DNA from: Chlamydiia bacterium
GTDB taxonomy: Bacteria > Chlamydiota > Chlamydiia > Chlamydiales > JBMOFD01
NCBI GenBank assembly: GCA_049314435.1
Contig: JBMOFD010000034.1
Span: 1-18,889, forward strand
Reading direction: 5' to 3'
Length of the DNA: 18,889 nucleotides
Under the pieces are notes generated by a model. The model saw nothing but the letters and a program-made list of their open reading frames with translations, did not search any database and was not told where the DNA came from. Shown piece by piece: positions 8,491 through 17,033 of the stretch. Within the stretch, counting starts at the first letter, position 1; each line of letters starts with the position of its first letter. The translations under genes were made by a program, and so were the position numbers.

Positions 8491-11400
8491 TTATCTTGAA
8501 TGGGCTCTGTCTAGGTTTTGCTGAGAAAAGATCGTCGGGAATAGCCTACTCAAGCCATCTAGACGACCCTCTTCCTCCAGCCGATCGATGACAGCCGCTA
8601 GGCCCTCTTCTCCAAGAGACTGGCTCATTCGTGCAAAGATGTCCCGTATGTGGGCTCCTCCAAGGCGAGCCTCGTTCATCCACAGGTCGCTTGCATCACT
8701 TGTCAGAAGTCGCTCACGCAGCGCCCTCAGTATCTCAAGCGAACTGCCGACGTCAAAGACGAACTTAGACTCTGTATAGAATTGGTGCAGTCTAGCAAGA
8801 GCGTTTACCCTTGTTTGATCCTCTGCGCTACAGATTGCATTGACAAGGTGCTCTGAGCTGATTGTATACCCAAGCTCCCATAGCCTGTTCATCACTTCTG
8901 TCGAACAACCCAATTCGCTTTCGATCAACAACAAAGTCAGACAATCCGCCCTTGATCGCTCTTCTGCATCAAAAAGACCTCGCTCTTCAATTTCCGAAAT
9001 TGTCGACATCAAAAGATGTTCTTCCAAATTCTCACAAAAACCAAACGGAATGATTACATTAGATACAATCTTGCGAAGAAGTTCGATTCTCATATCTGTC
9101 GATAGATCCTCTTTTTCTACAAGACAAGAGGCGGCCGAGATGTCGTGTGGCAATAGACTTAATGGAGGCAATGCGCAAACGAAGCGAGCAAAGTCATCTA
9201 ATTCTCTCCCATTCCAATCATGAGAATACTCCATGATGTCCCAAAAAACAGCCGTCCCATGGCGTTCTGCGATGCGTATGAGTTGTTGAGCGGTGGGCAT
9301 CCAACCGTTTGTATGGATCAGGAACATCTCCATCGTTTCCGGAGCAGGCGCACCGTTCGGCACATAGTCTACAGCGAGAGTTAACCGGTCTGTGCGAAAG
9401 AGCTCTTCAATGCCTGGCTGTGGCTCAGCCCCGTTATTGAGAGCCTCATATACGAGGGCGGTGAAATCGCCACCTCTGTCCGGATAGAGACCCGCATCCT
9501 CGAGCTCTTGGACCTTAATTTGAAGCATCTGCATCTCGTCGTCAGTCAAAGGTGTGTCGCTGGTGGCTCGGAACAGAGTCAGGAGTCCCTCCAGCACCCG
9601 CTCCTGCCCAGCTGCCCGACCCATGAATCCGGAGACGTCCACCCATAGTGCCTTAAAAAATAGGGCCCTACTTAAAGGTCTATCGCTATCGACAGGCCAT
9701 TCTTTGAGTACGGGTCTATCAGGCCATTTTTTGAGTACGGCAATGGCACCCTGTCTGAGAAATCTATGTCCTGACAACTCCCCTTCCATCCATTCGGGAG
9801 ATGGAAGCTCATATGGACCGCTCGTGAGAACCTCTACCATGGATGCGGGTAGATTACGTTGCATGACACATTCGAAGGAGGAGGCACCGATCACAATGGG
9901 GCGATCGCTTGCGTTCCTGGCGCAATTCAACAACTCTAGAACTAGTTCATGACCGTCCCCCCGTTTCCCTGTCGCCGCAAGGACTCGGTTGAGGAGAAAG
10001 TCGGAATATTCGAAGCCGTTCTCCAGAAGCACCCTGAAAGGGGTCGCCAGAAGTGAGTGAGCGGCATTAACAATCAAGTCCTCTGGGACCAAGGTAAATC
10101 GATTCTCATCAGCTCGAGCCCACTCTAGGATGCTGGATCGATAGTCCCCTTCCGCAAACCCCTCAGAAGGCCGCTCAGCGATCAGTTGACGATAGGTTCG
10201 TTCTGATAGCAGCGCGCCACGGCTGATGAGGAGTTGACTCAAAGCTGGACGGGATTCTTCCGGACAGAGGTGGACCAGCGCATCCAGAAGGCCATATTTC
10301 ATCCAGTGCGCTAGTATGCCTTTCGGCACGCCATCCTTAAGGAGCAGAGTATGTTGCCCTCCATGAGTGGAGGAAGAGGTCCTGTCTGAGATGCCCCAAA
10401 CACGCCCGAGTAAGTGCTCGAGGCACTCCCTTTGACCGAAAACTACGCTCTCCATAAGCAGGAAGCTAAGGCAGAAGTCTATGTCTTGGCGCTTTAGCCC
10501 ATCCAGGGCTCTCTGGACATGCACCCATGTACACAGCGCCATCTTCAGCCATCCTACCGCAGCCCCTTGAATACCCCAGCGAAGTATGCTAGATGAAGGC
10601 ACCATCATGACCGAGTCCATCCGAGTGAAGAAGTGACGAACAGCCGGGACTAAGGACAAGTCTGAGCGCGATGGCGTGTCTCTCTCGAAAGGATCCTGTT
10701 CAAATGGTTCAAAATAGGCTAACCATTCACACAAAGATGAAGAGGCGTGTTGGACCTCTGCCTCAGATCGGGTGCGATCGAAAGCGTAAGCTAATTGCCG
10801 CTTTACCTCTTCCATATTGATCACGGCGTAGCTGTTCGTACTGACGCCATTACGCTCAAATAGAATCTCCAGCTGGTCATTCAGCTGATGCCACATCATC
10901 GGATGCTGACTCCGGTCAGCACAGCGAATTTCGAAACCAGGGTTGAACAGAGGAGTATTGCGATGTATCAATAGCGCTCCATCTTGTCTCCACACGAGGT
11001 GATTACGACATGTGAAATGCTCAATAAAACCCATGTAGTATTGATCGAGCGCCCGCTGCCAACCACCGATCGAACCTTCATGAGCTGAAAGGGTGGTTCG
11101 TGGCCCGCAGTGGGGTGGCCACGGCCGTGGAGAACCGTGCGCAAAGAAGCGGCTCTCCCCTTTGGGGAACGTACCGTCTTTCCATGGTAGGGCCGCCTGC
11201 TCAACTCGGGTTAGCCAAGTGTGTGCCTCACCCCCTAACTCATGGCAAGCTTCGCGTGTCAAAAGTCCCCGTATGAGTCCATCCGTGAGTCGGCTGATCA
11301 GTTCACTTCTGGCAGCTTGGCCCGCCTCGCTTTCGGGACTATGTGAACGAAGGCTCTCTAGAGCTGCTGCCAGTTCATGGTCACGAAAATGCTCACGCTC

Positions 11401-12234
11401 TTCCGAAGATGGCCTGGAGATCGTTAGATTCTCATGACGAACTTCCACTCCTGGAGGGGTCGATGTCTTATATTGGGCTGCCATCGTTCCGACAGGGGGC
11501 GCTAGGGCCTGGAGCTCGAAGCGCATGAAGAGTAAAGCATCGTCCAACGCTGGGGCACGCGCCTGCTCTGTGTTCGCGGCGATCGCCTCTTGTATAGCCT
11601 CGATCTTCTTGCAGATCTCGATCACAGCATAGGACCGATCATGGTCGCGATAGCGACATACAAGCGCCCGAATTCTTGGGGGCAGCCCCCTAATTCTTCC
11701 GGCAGCCAGTAGTTCGGACGGAGAGTCAGCGATCTGGCAAACTCGGCGACACACTCGCCTGGCCCGATAGAACGTGACCAGATCTACAGAGGCCAGGATC
11801 CTTGTCAGGAGCTCAACGGGAAGGTCTAAGAGGGAACATCCAACCTGTTGATTCTGTTGGATGGCATGCAGTTGGGCCTCTTCCACCGGGACATCTAACC
11901 CGTCTTGCTCGGAGACAGAAGCTACTTGAGCGGCGCTGTTCCCTAGACGTCGCCTCTTTGTGCCTGGCTCGGCGTCATCACTCACGGGAGATGCTGCCCG
12001 GCGCAGCCGGGCCCTTTGGAGGCTCACCGTCATGTTATGCTCCAAAGACTCCACAGCAGCGGTCTGATGATCCCTCATCTGAACATCTTCTATAGCGTTC
12101 TGGAATGAACCAGGCTCGATGTCTCTATCCCCTAGAGCAGGGCTCGTTCCAGAAAAACTGGTAGATGGTTGCGCCGAACCATCTGGATGTGGGAACGAGC
12201 GTATGGCGTTGCCGCCAGCCGGGGAGATGGACAT
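8491..12234 (-). CDS. F-box protein, paralog B (1247 aa), putative secreted effector
   Basis: Clear F-box LLDLPVELLTRILASVDLVTFYRARRVCRRVCQIA (aa ~135-170, ~11832-11720). Ser/Pro-rich N-terminus MSISPAGG... and a basic motif PGTKRRRL. Collinear with 3847..7590. Confidence 0.9.
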   Translation of the reverse strand: MSISPAGGNAIRSFPHPDGSAQPSTSFSGTSPALGDRDIEPGSFQNAIEDVQMRDHQTAAVESLEHNMTVSLQRARLRRAASPVSDDAEPGTKRRRLGNSAAQVASVSEQDGLDVPVEEAQLHAIQQNQQVGCSLLDLPVELLTRILASVDLVTFYRARRVCRRVCQIADSPSELLAAGRIRGLPPRIRALVCRYRDHDRSYAVIEICKKIEAIQEAIAANTEQARAPALDDALLFMRFELQALAPPVGTMAAQYKTSTPPGVEVRHENLTISRPSSEEREHFRDHELAAALESLRSHSPESEAGQAARSELISRLTDGLIRGLLTREACHELGGEAHTWLTRVEQAALPWKDGTFPKGESRFFAHGSPRPWPPHCGPRTTLSAHEGSIGGWQRALDQYYMGFIEHFTCRNHLVWRQDGALLIHRNTPLFNPGFEIRCADRSQHPMMWHQLNDQLEILFERNGVSTNSYAVINMEEVKRQLAYAFDRTRSEAEVQHASSSLCEWLAYFEPFEQDPFERDTPSRSDLSLVPAVRHFFTRMDSVMMVPSSSILRWGIQGAAVGWLKMALCTWVHVQRALDGLKRQDIDFCLSFLLMESVVFGQRECLEHLLGRVWGISDRTSSSTHGGQHTLLLKDGVPKGILAHWMKYGLLDALVHLCPEESRPALSQLLISRGALLSERTYRQLIAERPSEGFAEGDYRSSILEWARADENRFTLVPEDLIVNAAHSLLATPFRVLLENGFEYSDFLLNRVLAATGKRGDGHELVLELLNCARNASDRPIVIGASSFECVMQRNLPASMVEVLTSGPYELPSPEWMEGELSGHRFLRQGAIAVLKKWPDRPVLKEWPVDSDRPLSRALFFKALWVDVSGFMGRAAGQERVLEGLLTLFRATSDTPLTDDEMQMLQIKVQELEDAGLYPDRGGDFTALVYEALNNGAEPQPGIEELFRTDRLTLAVDYVPNGAPAPETMEMFLIHTNGWMPTAQQLIRIAERHGTAVFWDIMEYSHDWNGRELDDFARFVCALPPLSLLPHDISAASCLVEKEDLSTDMRIELLRKIVSNVIIPFGFCENLEEHLLMSTISEIEERGLFDAEERSRADCLTLLLIESELGCSTEVMNRLWELGYTISSEHLVNAICSAEDQTRVNALARLHQFYTESKFVFDVGSSLEILRALRERLLTSDASDLWMNEARLGGAHIRDIFARMSQSLGEEGLAAVIDRLEEEGRLDGLSRLFPTIFSQQNLDRAHSR
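9693..9740. repeat. Near-perfect 21-bp in-frame repeat (27-bp period) within paralog B
   Basis: CAGGCCATTCTTTGAGTACGG (9693-9713) and CAGGCCATTTTTTGAGTACGG (9720-9740) encode VLKEWP and VLKKWP. Confidence 0.9.
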
Positions 12235-12260
12235 GGTTCACCATGGGTTCAATTTGATCA

Positions 12261-12289
12261 ATTATAGATCAATCGAATCTCCGCCTCAA
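12261..12289 (-). promoter_or_regulatory. Sigma70/sigma66-type promoter of F-box paralog B
   Basis: Minus strand TTGAGG(12289-12284)-N17-TATAAT(12266-12261), 26 nt upstream of ATG 12234. Confidence 0.7.
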
Positions 12290-12467
12290 CCGCAATTGTT
12301 AATTTAACACTTACAGTACTAGAGATAAATTAATAATACGAACATTACCTCTGTTATAGGTCGCATCGATCCATCCGTAAACAATAAGCAAGGCAGTCTC
12401 CAGTGAATTAAAAATACACCAATAACTATCAAGGAAATACAGTCTTAATATACTTATCGCAATTCCG

Positions 12468-12502
12468 TGATATAGTTCTTTAGTGTAATTAATTTATTGG
12501 AG
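12468..12502 (+). promoter_or_regulatory. Extended -10 promoter and ribosome-binding site of the U-box gene
   Basis: TG-A-TATAGT at 12468-12476. GGAG at 12499-12502 lies 6 nt before ATG 12509. Confidence 0.55.
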
Positions 12503-12508
12503 CTTGTT

Positions 12509-15500
12509 ATGTCTTGGAGCCCAGGTATCTCCTCTCGCGCACTCTCGCCGACGACCTCGTTGGAGAGCGATCCCATTCAAAAACGGTGCGAGCAACAGTC
12601 TCTCTGTAAGATGGCAGAAGCCCTGTGCAATCGAAACGACGCTGACCTGGCAAAAGCAGAGGCCTTGCAGCAGGTCGATCTTTTCCGAGGTGATCGAACC
12701 GCTATGCTGGCTCTAGGGCTACATTTCGGGTTCGTAGACTGGATTCAGGAGGTTGTCAATCAGGGCTTCACCAGAGCTGACTATTTAGAATTCCTAGACC
12801 TGCCACTCACAAGCGGCCCCCTTTTGAAGGGTCCAGCCGAGGGCTTTTTGACACTTTTAAGGGGTGGGCTACCCACAGATCTGATACTAGACAGCACTGG
12901 CCAGTCGATCATGTGTATGAGGCTATGCAATGGCCCTGAACAGGAGACGATTCTGCTAGGTGCGCTCCAAACCGGCTGGCAGCCGAAAAGGGCGGGGAAT
13001 GAACTAGGCGCGGCGATCTGGATATGCGCACAGCTGGGATTGGTCGGCGTTCTTGATCAGCTGGAAAATCCAGCGGCTCGAGTTGCTTTAGCGATTCGCC
13101 TTAAAAGCGAGCCTCATCTGCGAGAGGCCGTAACCAGCTGGCTGGCGGGCGCGCATAAAGCTGAATTCTGGCAGTCCGATTTTCTTGTGACGTGTGCCCT
13201 CGTCGATGGACCGGTAGAGAGCTTATGTGTCCTACTACGAGCTGGACTACCCTTTGACCTCCCGGATGACGAGGGAAATCCTCTGCTTCTGTCCAAGATA
13301 TTAACGGGACCGGGACTGGATCAACTTCTCTCAGCTGCTCTAGAGGGAGGGTGGGCTCCACAAAAGTCAACAACAAGGTTCCTCAGTCTGGTCGTGACCG
13401 GCCTTTTCCAACAGGGCCTATCGGCCCGCGGCATAGAGCTTCTAGTCACTCATGGCATGCCGATCGATCAGCAGGATGAATTTGGCCTCTGGGTGATTGG
13501 CTCGCAGCTTACCCCTGGTCAACTGGCGCTATACAAGGAGCTTTTTAGACTGGGTCTGTCAGCCAATGTGGAGCAGAGCCGCGAAGACCGGTTCATCTTC
13601 AAACTCATCGACGAAGGCCACACCGACCTGATTCAACTGTTTCTCGAGCACGACCTAGACATCCACCACCGGTCTAGCTTTAGAGGTCATGTTCTTTCGA
13701 GACTTCTCGAAAAGCCAGCGCTGCATGTTGGGATCCTTCGCAATGCCACGCGCGCACTCGAGCGGCACTGGGGAGCAGAGAGCTTTGCTGAGCGCTACGC
13801 TGCTCTAGAGAGCAGCTCACTAGACCCCCTGGAACTCGGGCTATTCCTCGGCCTCGAGCATGATGCCCTGAACGGCCCCATCGCTCCTCCCGAACTGATC
13901 GGACTCTATGAGACATTAAAAGCACTGGGTGAAGAGCCTGCCGTAGTCAGCGCCTGGGAAGAATGCGTGAAGATGCGAGACGCCCATATAGAGGGCTATC
14001 AAATTCGGATTCGAGAAGCCACCAACGCGCTGTCGCTGAGACAGGTGGCCTGTGCGCCTCCTGAGGAGCTCACCTGCCCTATTACTAGGGAACTCATGGC
14101 GGACCCGGTTCGCGATGAGACAGGCCGCCTCTATGAACGAGCTGCCATTAAAGCCTATTACCAGGGCACCCCACGGTGTCTGGACGATGGGACCACATGC
14201 TCTCCTTGGGGAGAAGCGGTGACCAACACAGAGTTACACGCTGATGAAGCGGTCTTTGGGAAGATCGTGAGGTGGAAGGTCTTGCAGAGTGAGCGGCAGA
14301 TCGACCAGTTACGCCGGGTAGCCATCCACAGTCTGACGACTCCAGAGCTAGTCGATCGCTTCAACGGCTTCCGTTCTGAGCAGTTTACTCTGGTCCAGGC
14401 GCTAGACCGCTCCCAGTGGGTAGAAGCGGTTGCATCTCCCACCTCTGTGGAACCTGGCCAGCGGTTCTACCACTGCACATCGTATGAGGCGCTCTGCTCT
14501 ATCATTGCTGACGGTGTCCAGATCACCTGCCCGGCAAATACAGAAGAAGCGCCCTTCGGGCGCGGGCTATATCTCTCTTCCGATGGAGCCACCTACCTCA
14601 GTGAGCAGCACCCGAGTGTGCTCGTTCTGGAGGTGGTGGAGCCATTGGAGGGCCGTCTAGTCTATCCGAGGGACGAGCTCAGGGATGGGCTAGGTCTTAG
14701 CGCAGCGGAGGTCGATGAACAGCTTGCGGCCCTCCAACAGTCCACACCCTTTGTGCGACATACTGGTCTTCCTCCAGCTCACACCGAACTCGTCCTACGC
14801 CACCCTCAACGCAAGTTACAGATTGTGGGTGCAGTCCATCGTATGAGAGAGGGTCACCCAGTGGAGGCGCAGATCGTGCCCATCGGGGAGTTTATGGCTC
14901 AGAACAACTTACAGCCCCATGAGACATGGGCATCTGCTCAGGAGGAAGAATCCTTCGATGACCATATCAAGCTGCGGACCTCCAATGGCACGGCCCTGTC
15001 TTTCAAACCATTACGGGATCAAGAAGAGCTGAGACCTCTCCGCGCTGAAGTAGGAGCGTCCAAACTAGCTGGCCGACTCATCGGGAATCTGGTTCCTCAG
15101 GCCTATCCCATGACACGTGCAGGCTGTCATGGAGTTCAGAGTCCCTGGCTGAATATCCGACCTCTGGCTCTAGATCCGAATGAGCCGCTCAACGTGGAGT
15201 CTCTCACTAGTACGCAGCTAGAGCAGCTTTTTGCCCACATGCTGGTCGACTGGGTGATCTCGAACCATGACAACCATATCGGTCAGTTCGGGCTCGATAG
15301 CGAGACGAACAATCTGCTGGCCCTGGACAAGAGTCGGGCCTTCCAGCTCGTCCGTGGACAGGAGATCCCGTCAGAGGCGGCTGCAGCCGGCACGAGGCTT
15401 GAGGTCGCTGAGATAGCAGGCGATACAGCGCCACCCTCTCTCTTTACCCTCGAGGCAGATGCTGATTGCAACGTCTACCAAACACTACGGAATGCGATTG

Positions 15501-15769
15501 CTGAAAAGCGCGTGACGATCAACTGGGAAGCCAAGGTCATTCAGCAGGTGATGGCTCAGATCAGCATGCTCACGAGCGAAACCGTGCAAGGATGCCTTAA
15601 GGAGTACGCCGCTCTGGCCTTCCCAGGGAAGGAGCTCTCTTTCTACAGCGATGTACTTCTTCGAGCCAAGAAGCTGAGGGAAGACTTTAGGCGGTATGCA
15701 GCAGAGCACCCCGTACCAGTTCGCCGGGCGCCAGTCCGGTCACGACGACCAGTCGTCATCGCTCCCTAA
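12509..15769 (+). CDS. Multidomain putative effector: ankyrin-like repeats + U-box E3 ligase + PARP-like ADP-ribosyltransferase + PI3/PI4K/HipA-like kinase
   Basis: ATG 12509 with a GGAG RBS is preferred over TTG 12497. Ankyrin-like segments include LLRAGLPFDLPDDEGNPLL, GMPIDQQDEFG and IDEGHTDLIQLFLEHDLDIH. U-box PPEELTCPITRELMADPV..GRLYERAAI lies at ~14057-14280. ART motifs FYHCT, FGRGLYLS and TELVL lie at ~14460-14840. Kinase motifs FKP, RAEVGAS, DWVISNHDNHIGQF and LALDKSRAF lie at ~14970-15700. Confidence 0.85.
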   Translation: MSWSPGISSRALSPTTSLESDPIQKRCEQQSLCKMAEALCNRNDADLAKAEALQQVDLFRGDRTAMLALGLHFGFVDWIQEVVNQGFTRADYLEFLDLPLTSGPLLKGPAEGFLTLLRGGLPTDLILDSTGQSIMCMRLCNGPEQETILLGALQTGWQPKRAGNELGAAIWICAQLGLVGVLDQLENPAARVALAIRLKSEPHLREAVTSWLAGAHKAEFWQSDFLVTCALVDGPVESLCVLLRAGLPFDLPDDEGNPLLLSKILTGPGLDQLLSAALEGGWAPQKSTTRFLSLVVTGLFQQGLSARGIELLVTHGMPIDQQDEFGLWVIGSQLTPGQLALYKELFRLGLSANVEQSREDRFIFKLIDEGHTDLIQLFLEHDLDIHHRSSFRGHVLSRLLEKPALHVGILRNATRALERHWGAESFAERYAALESSSLDPLELGLFLGLEHDALNGPIAPPELIGLYETLKALGEEPAVVSAWEECVKMRDAHIEGYQIRIREATNALSLRQVACAPPEELTCPITRELMADPVRDETGRLYERAAIKAYYQGTPRCLDDGTTCSPWGEAVTNTELHADEAVFGKIVRWKVLQSERQIDQLRRVAIHSLTTPELVDRFNGFRSEQFTLVQALDRSQWVEAVASPTSVEPGQRFYHCTSYEALCSIIADGVQITCPANTEEAPFGRGLYLSSDGATYLSEQHPSVLVLEVVEPLEGRLVYPRDELRDGLGLSAAEVDEQLAALQQSTPFVRHTGLPPAHTELVLRHPQRKLQIVGAVHRMREGHPVEAQIVPIGEFMAQNNLQPHETWASAQEEESFDDHIKLRTSNGTALSFKPLRDQEELRPLRAEVGASKLAGRLIGNLVPQAYPMTRAGCHGVQSPWLNIRPLALDPNEPLNVESLTSTQLEQLFAHMLVDWVISNHDNHIGQFGLDSETNNLLALDKSRAFQLVRGQEIPSEAAAAGTRLEVAEIAGDTAPPSLFTLEADADCNVYQTLRNAIAEKRVTINWEAKVIQQVMAQISMLTSETVQGCLKEYAALAFPGKELSFYSDVLLRAKKLREDFRRYAAEHPVPVRRAPVRSRRPVVIAP

Positions 15770-15846
15770 TCGAGCGCTGGGTAGGGTCATCGATGCACGA
15801 AGGCGCGTCACCTGTTAGAAGGACCTCATAGAACCAGAGGTCTGCG

Positions 15847-16944
15847 ATGAGCGTGAGCGGAAATTCTCCAAGGGGTCTGCCCAATGACCCCCAGTCGATA
15901 TCAAACCAGATCAGTCATGCTATGGAGCATGACATGAGGCCGGGGGCCAGGCCACTAGATCAGCGTACCAGCCTGTGTGCACTCAAGAGCTTTGGCAACA
16001 AGTTTGGGGAGGCTGGGAGTGTGGTCGTTATCCGCAACCCCGCAGCCATCCGTCATGCACTAAGGGATCACCAAATAGGCCTGGCAGCCGAACTGCTCCG
16101 AGAGAACGCCACGGTCCTGGATCGGCAGCCGGGAGGGGTGAAAGGCCTCTACCTACGAGCTCTCTGTGCATTGGGCCAGGCTCGTATTCTCAGTTACGAA
16201 GACGCGGTCAAAGATGCTGGCGAAAGCATTGCCAGCTTGATGTGGGCCTCGAATAGCGACTCCCCCGCGGAGAATCTGCAGATCATCAAAACCCGCTTAG
16301 AATCCACAGATCCATTTGAACGAGCCGTGGGCCGTGCGTCGATCCCCTATCTAGCCCGTCAGGTGTCCGAACTGTGTGTGGCAGAGCAAGACAGGGTGAT
16401 CGCGACCGAGATACGGATCCTCAGATCTCTAAAAATCCAAGACTTGAAGAACCACATCGAGGAGCGAACAGAGGAACTAGCCTCGGCCGATCAAGATGAT
16501 GATGAGGCATTGGGTGCAAGCCCCCTTCATGGAGGCCCCATCATATCCCCTAGGCCAGAGAGTGATGTGGGTGGCGTTGAGGGCTATCGTCAGCAACTAA
16601 GACGTCTTGAAAGCCAGTCGGATGAAGAGTTCCGCCGCGAGCTCTTAGGCGCAAGCGACTACTGGGCACTCACAGCTCCGGTTCGGCAAGATGACGGCTT
16701 GAAGCGGATGTTTGCTGTGGCCCGCCAGCTCGAAGACGACCCTGAGCGTATCGCCAAGCTCTCAGATAACCAGATTCAGTCGATGCTAGGTCGATTCGAG
16801 GGTGGATTCAGGGCCTATTTTCCTGGCTCCGCGGCGGCGCCTCAGCTCGCCGGTGAGCCGTTGCCCTCTTCGCCAAAGAGAACGCCCTCTCTCCAGTCGG
16901 GGCGCCCTGCGGAGCATGACGGCCACGCTCCTAGAGAGTTGTAG
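15847..16944 (+). CDS. Hypothetical protein (365 aa), mostly helical, with Ser/Pro-rich termini
   Basis: Long ATG-initiated ORF with GAGG upstream (15837-15840), co-oriented with the preceding gene. No family recognised. Confidence 0.7.
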   Translation: MSVSGNSPRGLPNDPQSISNQISHAMEHDMRPGARPLDQRTSLCALKSFGNKFGEAGSVVVIRNPAAIRHALRDHQIGLAAELLRENATVLDRQPGGVKGLYLRALCALGQARILSYEDAVKDAGESIASLMWASNSDSPAENLQIIKTRLESTDPFERAVGRASIPYLARQVSELCVAEQDRVIATEIRILRSLKIQDLKNHIEERTEELASADQDDDEALGASPLHGGPIISPRPESDVGGVEGYRQQLRRLESQSDEEFRRELLGASDYWALTAPVRQDDGLKRMFAVARQLEDDPERIAKLSDNQIQSMLGRFEGGFRAYFPGSAAAPQLAGEPLPSSPKRTPSLQSGRPAEHDGHAPREL

Positions 16945-17033
16945 TCTCCCGGCACCTAGCGGAATCTAGAGCTAGAACGGGCAATTCCCGGAAAATATTC
17001 CGTCCCCTGGGGAAACCGGTCATTCGTGGGCAA

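Noticed and set aside
3847..12234. Identical length (1247 aa) of both paralogs as a meaningful signal
   Set aside because: It results from different terminal extensions and indels, so it is most likely coincidence.
4112..15709. Numerous 60-130 aa ORFs antisense to or nested within the long genes
   Set aside because: These are expected shadow ORFs in GC-rich coding DNA and show no motifs.
16985..17015. Small hairpins CGGAA-AATA-TTCCG and TCCC-CTG-GGGA as a terminator
   Set aside because: The stems are short and there is no U-tract.
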